From positions 11,697-75,696 of the forward strand of contig CAUQUO010000006.1 in the NCBI GenBank assembly GCA_963521335.1: a stretch of 64,000 bases of DNA, in the 5' to 3' direction. The notes beneath the pieces were generated by a model that was not told the DNA's origin, did no database searches, and saw only the letters and a list, made by a program, of their open reading frames with translations. Numbering within the stretch: position 1 is the first letter of the stretch; each line of letters starts with the position of its first letter. This document shows positions 31,874 through 42,098 of this stretch, one piece after another. Both the position numbers and the translations under genes were made by a program. The DNA comes from an uncultured Capnocytophaga sp. GTDB taxonomy: Bacteria > Bacteroidota > Bacteroidia > Flavobacteriales > Flavobacteriaceae.

Positions 31874-32627
31874 TACGATAACAAAGGTTTTTCAGGAGAA
31901 AGAAAAAGTAAACATAGGTTATATAGTAGCGGGTTATCCTACGGTAGCCTTTACGAAAGAATTTTTGAAGAGTTTAGACCGTTCGGTTCTTGACATTTTG
32001 GAGATAGGAATTCCGTATTCAGACCCTTTGGCTGATGGGAAGCGGATTGCAGAAGCCTCTTTTGTAGCCTCGCAAGCAGGAGTTACTACAGATGTGGTAT
32101 TTGACTTATTGGAGGAAGTGAAGGGAGCGGTAGAAAAGCCATTGGTATTCTTGGTATACTACAATCTGCTATTTGCTTATGGAGTAGAAGCTTTTATAAA
32201 GAGGAGTGCGGAGGTAGGAATCAGAGGGGTGATAATCCCTGACCTACCTTATGAAGAAGCGGTTGCCATCGCGCCTTTGTTAAAGGCCTATCAGATAGCT
32301 TTTATACCGCTGGTGAGTGTTACTTCGGGAGCGCGTATTGCACAGATAGTGCGCTTGGGAGAAGGAGGTTTCATCTATGCGGTAGGGTCGCTAGGAGTAA
32401 CAGGTAGCCAACCTGTATCTCTGAAGAGATTAGAGGCTTTTGTAGCAGAGATAAGGAAGCAGACAAGCCTGCCGATAGCTTTAGGTTTTGGCATCAAAAA
32501 TCACGATGATGTAGAGACGATGCGGCATTATGCAGACGGAGTAATCGTAGGGACGAGTATCGTATTGCTTACCCAAGAGAGACCAGTTGAGGAAGTGATA
32601 GAAAGTATTGGCACTATTTTTGCTTAA
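31866..32627 (+). CDS. trpA: Tryptophan synthase alpha chain
   Basis: [28 protein letters not shown] and DGVIVGT motifs. Start ATG 31866 overlaps the trpB end. Confidence 0.96.
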   Translation: MNNTITKVFQEKEKVNIGYIVAGYPTVAFTKEFLKSLDRSVLDILEIGIPYSDPLADGKRIAEASFVASQAGVTTDVVFDLLEEVKGAVEKPLVFLVYYNLLFAYGVEAFIKRSAEVGIRGVIIPDLPYEEAVAIAPLLKAYQIAFIPLVSVTSGARIAQIVRLGEGGFIYAVGSLGVTGSQPVSLKRLEAFVAEIRKQTSLPIALGFGIKNHDDVETMRHYADGVIVGTSIVLLTQERPVEEVIESIGTIFA

Positions 32628-32666
32628 AGAGAGACTTGTAATTTTAAATTTAATATATTATTGATT

Positions 32667-33167
32667 ATGGCAAACATTAGTTTTCATGAACAACCAGCCC
32701 ATACCACAGGAGAATTACCCAAAGTAGGGGTAGTAGCGCCAAACTTTTCAGCTGTTAAAAATGATTTGACAGAAGTAAGTTTATCAGATTTTAAGGGGAA
32801 GAAAGTAATCCTTAATATTTTTCCGAGTATTGACACAGGAGTATGTGCTGCATCGGTAAGGAAATTTCACGTAGAGGCTTCTAAATTAAACAATGTAGCT
32901 GTATTGTGTATTTCTAAAGATTTACCTTTTGCGCATAGTCGTTTTTGTGCTGCAGAAGGCATTGACAACCTTACTATGTTATCGGTTTTCCGGAGTAATT
33001 TTGAGCAAGATTACCGAGTTACTTTTGTAGATAGCCCATTGAAAGGTTTGTTATCACGCTGTATAGTAGTGCTTGATGAGGAGGGTAAAGTTATTTATAC
33101 GGAGCAAGTAGCAGAGACTACAAACGAACCAGATTACAGCAAGGTATTGGAGGTAGTTAGTCGTTAG
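32667..33167 (+). CDS. tpx: Thiol peroxidase
   Basis: FPSIDTGVCA and SKDLPFAHSRFC motifs. Confidence 0.95.
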   Translation: MANISFHEQPAHTTGELPKVGVVAPNFSAVKNDLTEVSLSDFKGKKVILNIFPSIDTGVCAASVRKFHVEASKLNNVAVLCISKDLPFAHSRFCAAEGIDNLTMLSVFRSNFEQDYRVTFVDSPLKGLLSRCIVVLDEEGKVIYTEQVAETTNEPDYSKVLEVVSR

Positions 33168-33289
33168 TTTTTAGGAATAAAGAAAAAACTAAGAAGTAAA
33201 ATTGCTCATTAGTATTTATTTTGTACTTTTGCGCGATTTTTATGTAATCGGAAAAAGTTATAATTCAAAAAAAAGACAATTAACAAAGA

Positions 33290-34930
33290 ATGAAAAAATC
33301 ATTTATTTTGGCAGCATCGGCTGCTTTATTAATGGCGAGTTGTCGTACTACAAAGGGGGTAACGGGAGCGGCTTATGACAAAGCTCCAGCGGCTCCTTAC
33401 GCAGAGAAGAAGTATGACGATGCTACTCTAAAAGGATGGCCTCACCAAGGATTCAAAGAAAACTTTCCTGGGTTGAACTTATCAGAAGCTTATGACCTAT
33501 TGAAAGGGCTTACACCTAAGAAAGTAATTGTAGGGGTGGTAGACTCTGGAGTAGACATTAATCACGAAGACCTCAAGAATGTATTGTGGACAAACACGAA
33601 AGAAATTCCTAACAATGGAAAAGACGATGACAACAATGGCTATATAGACGATGTATACGGATGGAATTTCTTAGGTAATATAGCTCAAGAAAATACGGAG
33701 ATGACCCGTATTTACAAAACGAAAGACAAAAACAATCCTGATTATGCACGAGCTAAAAAGGAGTATGAGAAAGAATTGAATGAGACAAAGAAAGGCAAAG
33801 AGAATTATGAAGAGCTTGCGCAAGTGACTGAATATGCTGATAGCAATTTGCGTAAGATAGTAGGGAAAGACGTATATACTCTTGAAGATATAGAAGCAGC
33901 TACTAAAGGGAAGACCTTTGATGCTCCTACTACAGAGATGATCAATTTTATGAAAGACCTTTTGTCTCAAACGAGTAATTCGGCAGAGATAAAAAAAGAG
34001 CTCAACAATGGTATAGGTTATTTCAAAGACAAGTTGAAATATCATTTGGCGACAGACTTCAATCCGCGTAAGGATATTTTGAAAGATGACGAGAATGATT
34101 TCAGCAAAAAGAACTATGGCAACAACAATGTTATAGGGCCTAATGTAAAAGATGCATTGCACGGTACACACGTAGCAGGTATCATTGCGGCGCAACGCGA
34201 CAATGGTATTGGGATGAATGGTGTAGCTGATAATGCTCTTATAATGACAGTACGTGCGGTACCTGATGGAGACGAGTATGACAAAGATGTAGCTCTTGCT
34301 TTGCGTTATGCGGTTGACAATGGGGCTAAGGTTATCAACACGAGTTTTGGTAAAGCGTTTTCGCCACATAAAGAGTGGGTGTATGACGCTATCAAATATG
34401 CAGCCTCTAAAGATGTACTTATTGTAAATGCGGCAGGTAATGAATCGCAGGATATAGATGTGAAAGACACCTACCCTAACGATGAGGTAAACAAGAAAGA
34501 GATTTCTAATACATTCTTGACAGTAGGGGCTTTGAACTATGAGTACAACAAGAACTTAGTAGCTAGTTTTTCTAATTATGGGAAGCGCAATGTAGATGTA
34601 TTTGCTCCTGGAGTAAAGATTTATTCTACTACGCCAGAGAACAAGTATGAGTTTTTGCAAGGGACCTCTATGGCATCTCCTGAGGTAGCCGGATTGGCAG
34701 CTCTTTTGCGTTCATATTTTCCTACACTTACAGCTGCCCAAGTGAAGAAAATCATTATGGAATCGGGGGTAAAAGTAAATATGAATGTGTATGTAGGTGA
34801 AGATGAAGGAAGGAACAAGAAGCGTTTGGAGAAGAATTTTGGAGAACTTTCTACTACTGGAACTATTGTAAATGCTAAAAATGCGGTGTTATTGGCTGCT
34901 AAAATAGCAAAAGTAAAACTTAATAAATAA
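33290..34930 (+). CDS. S8 (subtilisin-like) serine peptidase lipoprotein
   Basis: Lipobox MASC and catalytic motifs VDSG, HGTHVAG and GTSMASP. Confidence 0.93.
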   Translation: MKKSFILAASAALLMASCRTTKGVTGAAYDKAPAAPYAEKKYDDATLKGWPHQGFKENFPGLNLSEAYDLLKGLTPKKVIVGVVDSGVDINHEDLKNVLWTNTKEIPNNGKDDDNNGYIDDVYGWNFLGNIAQENTEMTRIYKTKDKNNPDYARAKKEYEKELNETKKGKENYEELAQVTEYADSNLRKIVGKDVYTLEDIEAATKGKTFDAPTTEMINFMKDLLSQTSNSAEIKKELNNGIGYFKDKLKYHLATDFNPRKDILKDDENDFSKKNYGNNNVIGPNVKDALHGTHVAGIIAAQRDNGIGMNGVADNALIMTVRAVPDGDEYDKDVALALRYAVDNGAKVINTSFGKAFSPHKEWVYDAIKYAASKDVLIVNAAGNESQDIDVKDTYPNDEVNKKEISNTFLTVGALNYEYNKNLVASFSNYGKRNVDVFAPGVKIYSTTPENKYEFLQGTSMASPEVAGLAALLRSYFPTLTAAQVKKIIMESGVKVNMNVYVGEDEGRNKKRLEKNFGELSTTGTIVNAKNAVLLAAKIAKVKLNK

Positions 34931-34953
34931 GATTTCTAAAATAAGATAGAAAT

Positions 34954-34982
34954 AAAAAAGCTGCCATAAGGCAGCTTTTTTT
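34954..34982. terminator. Bidirectional terminator
   Basis: AAAAAAGCTGCC-ataa-GGCAGCTTTTTT inverted repeat. Confidence 0.85.
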
Positions 34983-35602
34983 TATTCGTCGTCATCATCA
35001 TCGTCTTCATCGTCTTCATCTTCGTAACGCTCAATGAACTCATCGCTTACTCTATTGAAATCTTCGGCGGTTTTGACTATAAAATTGTTGTTTTTCTTGA
35101 GTTGGGCTTGCTCTTCTGGAGTACCTCTCAAGCCTTTTAAACGCATTTGGATAAGAGTTTTGTAGCCATCTTTCATCAAAGCATCGTAATTATCGAAGTA
35201 TTTGATAGCGGCTTCGAGCAAAGAGGTATCGCCTTTGTAAGCTCCGAGGTTGCGCACTTCTTCTTTAAAGGTTACGAGGTCTTCAATCCATTGCAAGCGT
35301 ACTTCTTCGGCGCGGTTGAAATCGTTGTCGTCCATAGCGTCGTTCATTTCAGCCATTTCGTCTGTACAACCATTGGTGATGCATACAATTTCGTTATTAT
35401 ATTCTACGGCATTGTCATACTCTCCTTTAGCATAATATACACCTTCATCGGGTTGCCAACCTCTTTTTTCATTAGCGCTATCCATAGCGTTCATTTGTTG
35501 CATTTGTTGTTGCATTTGCTGTTGCATTTGCTCCATTTGTTTTTGCATATCTTCAGCTGATCCTCCCATCATATTCTGAAGATTTTTTAGAAAATCCATC
35601 AT
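34982..35602 (-). CDS. Hypothetical helical protein with M/Q-rich N-terminus and poly-acidic tail
   Basis: 206-aa ORF with its own TACTTTTG -7 element near 35632-35639. Confidence 0.8.
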   Translation of the reverse strand: MMDFLKNLQNMMGGSAEDMQKQMEQMQQQMQQQMQQMNAMDSANEKRGWQPDEGVYYAKGEYDNAVEYNNEIVCITNGCTDEMAEMNDAMDDNDFNRAEEVRLQWIEDLVTFKEEVRNLGAYKGDTSLLEAAIKYFDNYDALMKDGYKTLIQMRLKGLRGTPEEQAQLKKNNNFIVKTAEDFNRVSDEFIERYEDEDDEDDDDDDE

Positions 35603-36073
35603 ATTACTTTTTGTTTAATGTTTCAAGGGTACAAAAGTAATGTTTTGTTTTATAAAAAGCAAATAAATTAACAAATAAAAAAAAATAGTCGATGGGGGAA
35701 TTTTGTAATAATGGGAGATAGTAGTGTATTTTTCTATGGGAAAATGGTATTTGTAGTATTTTATACTTTTAAGTTGGTTAGGGGGTGGGGATAGGATAGG
35801 TATAGAGGAGTTATAGGAGAAATTTTTTCTGTTTGAGTTTTTTGAATATTGGTATTAATGCCAATCAAGGGTTAAATTAACTTATTGATTTAAAACCTCC
35901 CTCACTAGCTATCTCCAAAGGGGGAAGTGCGATGCAAAAGCGATAACATTCTGTTAATCAGTGATTATTATTTTTCAACTCTTGATTCATATTATTAATT
36001 TGCAGGTAGTAACTTGTCAATTGAAAAATTATTTTTATCTTTGCAGCGTTAAACATTAAAAATAGATAAAATA

Positions 36074-36484
36074 ATGAAAAAAGCAATTCTTTTATTAGTA
36101 GCCATTTTGGGTATAGTATCTTGTGGCAAAAGTGATGACAAAAGTGATAACAATAGTGGTAACAGTAGTTCTTCTTCTGGAAAATTTAATCCTCCTACTT
36201 GGATTCAAGGCACTTGGTTTGATTCTCAAAAAATAGGAGGTTATGAATTTAAAAAGAATGATTTCTGCTTAAAAACACAGAGTGAGGCTCTTTGTTTTAA
36301 TACTGGTATTTATGTAGATCAAGTTTCGGATGTTAAGGAAGAAAAGACAGACAAAGTATACAAAGTTGAGTTTATGCTAAGTAATACTGCAAAACATTCA
36401 TATGAGTTTAGAAAGGTTTCGGACAAGCAAATACAAAAAGTTAATTTTGCTGGTAAAGTAGAAGAGACCTATACTAAATTGTAA
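36074..36484 (+). CDS. Surface lipoprotein (hypothetical)
   Basis: IVSC lipobox followed by GKSDDKSD (acidic export-signal-like), a Ser linker and PPTWIQGTW. Confidence 0.8.
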   Translation: MKKAILLLVAILGIVSCGKSDDKSDNNSGNSSSSSGKFNPPTWIQGTWFDSQKIGGYEFKKNDFCLKTQSEALCFNTGIYVDQVSDVKEEKTDKVYKVEFMLSNTAKHSYEFRKVSDKQIQKVNFAGKVEETYTKL

Positions 36485-36508
36485 TAATATAGAAGAACTT
36501 ATCAAGAG

Positions 36509-36545
36509 ACACTGTTGAGACATTGAGTTTTAACAGTGTTTTTTT
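36509..36545 (+). terminator. Intrinsic terminator
   Basis: ACACTGTT...AACAGTGT hairpin followed by a T-run. Confidence 0.7.
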
Positions 36546-36629
36546 ATTTATTCATCATTGAATTGGCTAATTGGCAAATTATTCTTATCTTTGCCTCATC
36601 AAATAACTACTCATTAATCAGTAACCATT

Positions 36630-38066
36630 ATGAAACATATTTTATGTAGTCTTTTGGTGTTATTAAGTATCACAGCACCAAAGGCACAGCAGAAACTTCC
36701 TAACGTTATTTTTGTACTTGCTGACGATTTAGGTTATGGTGATATAGCGCCTTATGGACAGCAGATTATCAAGACGCCTGAGCTTTCGAAGCTTTCTCAG
36801 GAGGGGATGAAATTCACTCAATTTTATACAGGTACGGCAGTATGTGCACCTTCACGAGCTTCTTTTATGACGGGGCAGACTACGGGGCAGACGCATATTC
36901 GTGGCAACGAAGAGGTAAAAGCGCCTATTGATGGTCAAGCACCTATTTTGGCTGGGGCGCCATCGGTAGCGCAATTGTTTAAGAAGGCGGGGTATCGCAC
37001 GGCTTGTTTTGGCAAATGGGGTTTGGGTACGCCAGACTCTGAAGGCAATCCGCTGAAGCAGGGTTTTGACACTTTTTTTGGTTACAATTCTCAGTTTCGT
37101 GCGCATAGGCGTTATCCTGCTTTTTTATGGCGTGATAATCAGAAAGTAATGCTTACTGAAAACGGTTATTACGAGCATCAGAAGGTATATGGAGAAGATG
37201 CTATTCAGGAGCAAATTCTCGGTTATATCAATCGGCAAGAGGCTAATAAGCCTTTCTTTATGTGGCTTACTTATACGTTGCCACACGCTGAGCTGGTAGT
37301 GCCTAATGACAGTATTTATCAGTCTTATCAGCATTTGCCTAAGAAGCCTTATAAGGGGGTAGACTACAGTAAAATCACTCCGGAGCCTTTTGGATGGGCA
37401 GGGTATATGTCTCAACCAGACACGTATGCTACTTATGCATCTATGGTGAGCCGGCTTGATTTGTATGTAGGGCAGATACGCAAGGTACTGAAAGAGAAGG
37501 GACTTGATGAGAACACGATGATTATCTTTGCGAGTGACAATGGGGCGCATCACGAAGGAGGAGCCGACCCTGTATTTTTTAATTCATCGGCGGGCTTGAG
37601 AGGTATCAAGCGCGATCTTTACGAAGGGGGTATTCGCACGCCTTTTATTGTGTATTGGAAAGGGAAAATACAAGCGGGAAGTACTTCTGATCATATAGGA
37701 GCTTTCTGGGATATGATGCCTACTTTTGCAGAACTGACGGGGCAAGGTTATACTCCTGACGCGCATCAAGTATCTTTTTTGCCTACACTTTTGGGCAAGA
37801 AGCAACGCGCACATAAGTATTTGTATTGGGAGTTTCACGAACAGGGAGGTAAACAGGCGGTGCGTTATAAAAATTGGAAAGGAGTGCGCTTGAACGTGAA
37901 TAAGGATAAAGAGGCACCTATAGAGCTTTACGACTTGAGCACAGACCCTGCTGAGCAACACAATATTGCCACAAAGTATCCTAAAATAGTAAAGAAACTC
38001 AGTCGGTTTATGGAAGAGAGTCATACACGTTCAGAACTTTTTCCTTTTGATTGGGAAAAGCAATGA
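36630..38066 (+). CDS. Arylsulfatase (S1 family, Cys-type)
   Basis: PNVIFVLADDLGYGD, CAPSR, GKWGLG, SDNG and LYEGGIR motifs, signal peptide. Confidence 0.93.
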   Translation: MKHILCSLLVLLSITAPKAQQKLPNVIFVLADDLGYGDIAPYGQQIIKTPELSKLSQEGMKFTQFYTGTAVCAPSRASFMTGQTTGQTHIRGNEEVKAPIDGQAPILAGAPSVAQLFKKAGYRTACFGKWGLGTPDSEGNPLKQGFDTFFGYNSQFRAHRRYPAFLWRDNQKVMLTENGYYEHQKVYGEDAIQEQILGYINRQEANKPFFMWLTYTLPHAELVVPNDSIYQSYQHLPKKPYKGVDYSKITPEPFGWAGYMSQPDTYATYASMVSRLDLYVGQIRKVLKEKGLDENTMIIFASDNGAHHEGGADPVFFNSSAGLRGIKRDLYEGGIRTPFIVYWKGKIQAGSTSDHIGAFWDMMPTFAELTGQGYTPDAHQVSFLPTLLGKKQRAHKYLYWEFHEQGGKQAVRYKNWKGVRLNVNKDKEAPIELYDLSTDPAEQHNIATKYPKIVKKLSRFMEESHTRSELFPFDWEKQ

Positions 38067-38098
38067 TTGAGTGATAAGTAAGTTTTACCAATATACCG

Positions 38099-38135
38099 AT
38101 TAGCCAATGAGAAGTTTAGCATCTCATTGGCTAAT
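38099..38135 (+). terminator. Hairpin downstream of the sulfatase gene
   Basis: 14-bp inverted repeat ATTAGCCAATGAGA...TCTCATTGGCTAAT. Confidence 0.65.
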
Positions 38136-38230
38136 TTGTTAATTGACAAAATTTCTAATCATTTTTCCAACCTTTTTATTTTTTCTTCGTTTATAAGGGC
38201 AAAATAGGTTCACTAATTATCATTATCGAA

Positions 38231-38770
38231 GTGCAAATTGACAAACATCTCATAGAAAGAGCACAGCGCAATGAGCGCTTAGCACAAAAGCAGTTGTATG
38301 ACCAGTATGCTCCTGCCTTGCTAAGTGTGTGCCGGCTGTATATTAGTGATTTGCATTTTGCTGAAGATGCGCTACTGAAAGCCTTCTTTAAGATATTTAC
38401 GAATCTTTCTAAGTATGAGGAGCAAGAGCATTTTTATGCTTGGATGCGCAGGATTGCGGTAAATGAATGTATAGATTATCTGAGAAGCAAAGTCCAAAAG
38501 CTATCTTTTGCCGATTGGAGTGATAGTTATGACACTATTGACGAGAGCACGATAGATAATGCTTCTTTTAGTGATGAGCAAATACAAACTTTTATAGATA
38601 AACTCCCTTCAGCCAGTCGTACTGTTTTCAATCTTTATGTATTTGAAAATGAATCTCACAAGCAGATAGCAGAGAAATTAGGCATTAGTGAAGGCACTTC
38701 TAAATCGCAATTGGCTTATGCTAAAAAACTTTTACAACAATACGTTACAAACTATAAAAAAAGAGCTTAA
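38231..38770 (+). CDS. ECF RNA polymerase sigma-70 factor
   Basis: AEDALL...F, WMRRIAVNECIDYLR and HKQIAEKLGISEGTSKSQL motifs. GTG start. Confidence 0.93.
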   Translation: MQIDKHLIERAQRNERLAQKQLYDQYAPALLSVCRLYISDLHFAEDALLKAFFKIFTNLSKYEEQEHFYAWMRRIAVNECIDYLRSKVQKLSFADWSDSYDTIDESTIDNASFSDEQIQTFIDKLPSASRTVFNLYVFENESHKQIAEKLGISEGTSKSQLAYAKKLLQQYVTNYKKRA

Positions 38771-38772
38771 AG

Positions 38773-39489
38773 ATGTGGAAAGAGAATATACAACGCCTAT
38801 TTAGGTATCGGAAAATTACCCCTTCGCCTAAGTTATGGGAACAGCTAGAGATGCAACTAGCAGAAAGTGAAGCCCAAGAAACAAAACCCAAAAGGCGAAA
38901 AGCGTGGTATTATGGTATAGTCGCTTCGCTGATAGTATGTTTAGGAATAGGGTATTTATGGCAATTACAGACTGCTGAGAGCCCTATAACACAGCAACAA
39001 AAAAGCATCGTAGGCACAGGAGAAAAAGAGAGTATATCGCCTACTGATAGTAGTACATTCGCACCTATTGTAAGTGCTAAAACCAAGAGCAGTATCGGCG
39101 TTTCTAAGAGTTTGACAGCTACGCCTAAACCTATACTTAGCCCAGTGGCTACGCCTGCTCTTAAAAGTTCTATAGCTACACCTACCCTTTTTGATATCAA
39201 TGAGGTAGATAGTCTTTTTGCCGAATATACTGCTGATGCTATTGAGCGTAGTATCAGCAAAGAGATGGAAAAGCAAATTGTAGGAGATTTGAAGCAGTTA
39301 TCGGCAGAAGATTTAGCACTAATTGCTAGTACTCAAGCCCAGCTCAAGCAATATGTTGCTGAAAAATATCAGCAGGATAAGAGTTTTATCACTATTGAAA
39401 AAGAATTGTTGAAAGACAAAGTAAAATTATTAGCAGAAAAGCTACTTAAGGAAATAGGAACACGTGTCGTATCAAATAATAAAAATTAA
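38773..39489 (+). CDS. Putative anti-sigma factor (single TM helix)
   Basis: Directly follows the ECF sigma gene; PSPKLWEQLE N-terminus and one TM helix. Confidence 0.65.
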   Translation: MWKENIQRLFRYRKITPSPKLWEQLEMQLAESEAQETKPKRRKAWYYGIVASLIVCLGIGYLWQLQTAESPITQQQKSIVGTGEKESISPTDSSTFAPIVSAKTKSSIGVSKSLTATPKPILSPVATPALKSSIATPTLFDINEVDSLFAEYTADAIERSISKEMEKQIVGDLKQLSAEDLALIASTQAQLKQYVAEKYQQDKSFITIEKELLKDKVKLLAEKLLKEIGTRVVSNNKN

Positions 39490-39505
39490 AAACAAGTATC
39501 AAGAA

Positions 39506-40570
39506 ATGAAAACATTACATCTATTATTGACGATTTGCTTGTTGGCGACAAGCGTCATCAGTGCGCAAAATAACTCTGAAAAAGCTATAAAAAAATCAAA
39601 GGCTACAATAGATTCTATAGTTTCATCAGAAAAAGAAATGCTTAAGAAGAAACTTTCGGCCGTGAATGAACTGCTTAAAGATAGGAAAATTACAGAAGAG
39701 ATGGGGTTGCAAATAAAGGAGGAACTGACAGCAACTACAGAGAAGAACATCAAAGAAAAAACGGCTACTGAAGCTGAACATTTGGCAAAACTCATACGCG
39801 AACAAGTGAACTCAAACTTTGTAGTAAAGCCTATTGACACCCTTAAAACAAATAGAACAAAGGAGTATTTGCGTGCGATGCAAGAAATAGAGCATATTTT
39901 CCGCAGTAAAGAAGATAGGAAACCTAGTACTAATCGGTCTTCTAATGAAATAGACCTGTATGCAGGTATAGGTTTTCACAACCTAAGCAGTAGCAACGGT
40001 TGGGGAGACAATCGTTTTAAGCCTTCTGGGTCTAAGTCTTTTGAATTAGGTCTTACATCGAGCTTTCGATTGCTAAAAACGAATAATTTGTTTCATATCA
40101 ACTATGGAATTACGTGGATGCACAACGGGCTCAAATTCAAAGAGAGTGAGTATTTTGTGAGAGAAAATGGAGAAACCAAATCAGTACCCTATACAGCTAA
40201 CAAACTTAACAAATCGAAATTGCGCACCAATTACCTAATTGTGCCTGTAGACTTTGAACTTGATTTCACTTCTCCTGAAACTAAGGATGGGGTAACGTTT
40301 TATCCTACTCGCAAAAGTTTTAGAGCGGGATTAGGAGGCTATATAGGGGTCTCTATAGGTAACAATCAGAAAATAAGATATGACGATGGGACTACTCATA
40401 AAAATGTTATAAAAGAGGACTTAAACATCAGTCCTTGGGTATATGGACTTTCGGCACATTTAGGGTATAAGACTTATGTGATTTACGCTCGTTATAGTCT
40501 TACACCACTTTTTCAGAACAACCCTATAAATGAATATCCATTTTCAGTAGGGATACGTTTTGGATATTAA
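39506..40570 (+). CDS. Outer membrane beta-barrel protein with N-terminal helical region
   Basis: Signal peptide, amphipathic beta strands and C-terminal aromatic FSVGIRFGY. Confidence 0.78.
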   Translation: MKTLHLLLTICLLATSVISAQNNSEKAIKKSKATIDSIVSSEKEMLKKKLSAVNELLKDRKITEEMGLQIKEELTATTEKNIKEKTATEAEHLAKLIREQVNSNFVVKPIDTLKTNRTKEYLRAMQEIEHIFRSKEDRKPSTNRSSNEIDLYAGIGFHNLSSSNGWGDNRFKPSGSKSFELGLTSSFRLLKTNNLFHINYGITWMHNGLKFKESEYFVRENGETKSVPYTANKLNKSKLRTNYLIVPVDFELDFTSPETKDGVTFYPTRKSFRAGLGGYIGVSIGNNQKIRYDDGTTHKNVIKEDLNISPWVYGLSAHLGYKTYVIYARYSLTPLFQNNPINEYPFSVGIRFGY

Positions 40571-41890
40571 TCAGGATTTTGTTGCTGTTATCACAGCTGC
40601 TTGGGTGGGGCATACACCGTTGATTTTATCACCTATGCCTACATAACGCACTTGGCAATGAGGATAAGGAGTGAGTACCTCGCTGATGAAAGCTTGAAAC
40701 TCCTCGTCATTCCACTCAAAATGGTGGTCGTCGTGGCGGATAGCACTCTGAGGGTCATCGAAGTAATATTTATTGAACCTGCTATCGGGGGTGGTGATAA
40801 TCATCTTATGGAAAGGAATTTGCAAACACTTATCTACTAATGCCTTAGCATCGGCAGGGGTATTGTGTTCAATTACTTCAGTAAGGAGGATATTCACAGG
40901 GTTTTTATAAGCAAAATCGTCTAAACTGCGCAAAAACACAAGGTTATCAGTCTCCATTTTGTAAGAAAGATTTTTAGCATATTCGGCTACAGCAGGATCT
41001 ATATCTGTAGCAAAATAAGGGTGATTATAGTTGTAGTTTTTGCGCATAAAACGGCGGTAGTATTTCAGTTCGCCACAACCAATATCTAAAATAGGGAAGT
41101 CGAAACCAAATTCCTTCACCGCAAACTCCATACGGCTACCGTGGGTATCGGTAAATTGGAACTCGATATTGAGTCCTTTGGTTTTGAAATATGCCTCGAA
41201 AGCAGGTTTAATCTCATTGAGTTGACGTTCGCTCTTCACAGCGCGCTTGATAAAGAGATAGAACACGAAATAAGGCACATCGTCTATATTGGTGAGGATA
41301 CGCGCGTATTTTTGTGCAAAAAAGTCGTCTATATAAGTATATTCTCCATATTCATTAGTAATATGTGTAATTACGGATATAAAGCTGAGTAGATTAAGCG
41401 CCTCAAAAATAGTTTTTCCTTCTATTTTAAGGGCTACATTATTGCCTATAAGAGGTGTAATTTGGCAGTTTTTGAAATAACGTTCCATTAAAAAGCGTCC
41501 GCCACTATACCAAGAAGAATTGATATAGAGGTTTTTCACTTCGATAGTACAGGGCTGGTTATCGACCTCGTTGCGTTTTTTACCCAACCATTTGATTTCC
41601 TGCTCGAAATAAGATTCTTTGTCTTGTAATTGGTCTTTGAAAAACTCATTGCAACAATGCAAGATTACCAAAGGCGAACAATAACTTTGGAAGTCAATTT
41701 GATTGCTCTCTTCAGGTAGGTAGCTATAGCGTGTATCTTGGAAAACTACATCATATTGATGTGCACTTACTGCATTGCCTATGAGTTGCCCATTGCGGAG
41801 AGATTTGGCATAGAGGCCGAAGTCGGTATTAGGATTTTTATTGAGTACATCTAATAAATAAGGATTGCTGGAAGATATTTGAATAATCAT
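40571..41890 (-). CDS. hen1: Hen1-type 3'-terminal RNA ribose 2'-O-methyltransferase
   Basis: C-terminal MTase motifs ILDIGCGE, LTEVIEH, ITTPDSRFN and RHDDHHFEW; Hen1-like N-terminal domain starting LDVLNKNP. Confidence 0.88.
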   Translation of the reverse strand: MIIQISSSNPYLLDVLNKNPNTDFGLYAKSLRNGQLIGNAVSAHQYDVVFQDTRYSYLPEESNQIDFQSYCSPLVILHCCNEFFKDQLQDKESYFEQEIKWLGKKRNEVDNQPCTIEVKNLYINSSWYSGGRFLMERYFKNCQITPLIGNNVALKIEGKTIFEALNLLSFISVITHITNEYGEYTYIDDFFAQKYARILTNIDDVPYFVFYLFIKRAVKSERQLNEIKPAFEAYFKTKGLNIEFQFTDTHGSRMEFAVKEFGFDFPILDIGCGELKYYRRFMRKNYNYNHPYFATDIDPAVAEYAKNLSYKMETDNLVFLRSLDDFAYKNPVNILLTEVIEHNTPADAKALVDKCLQIPFHKMIITTPDSRFNKYYFDDPQSAIRHDDHHFEWNDEEFQAFISEVLTPYPHCQVRYVGIGDKINGVCPTQAAVITATKS

Positions 41891-42043
41891 AAATTTACTA
41901 ATTTAGTAATTAACAGCGACAAAAGTAATATTTTTTTGTAATTATACAAAATTGCATCATATGATGAAGCAAATATTTAGCGCCTCCACCCTTTTCTATA
42001 GAAAAACACTATCATTATTATATAATTTTATACTTTCAAAAAC

Positions 42044-42076
42044 AAAAGCTCGAAGCCTTATAGCTTCGAGCTTTTT
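42044..42076 (-). terminator. Intrinsic terminator at the end of the PUL
   Basis: AAAAGCTCGAAGC-cttata-GCTTCGAGCTTTT inverted repeat. Confidence 0.85.
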
Positions 42077-42098
42077 AAGTATATGAAAAGTAAAAAAT

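Noticed and set aside
33671..34369. 232-aa antisense ORF and many similar shadow ORFs in the track
   Set aside because: They lie entirely opposite well-supported genes and have no recognisable motifs.
35896..35927. CCTCCCTCAC...CTCCAAAGGGGGAAG, a possible degenerate REP or ncRNA
   Set aside because: Weak pairing and only one copy.
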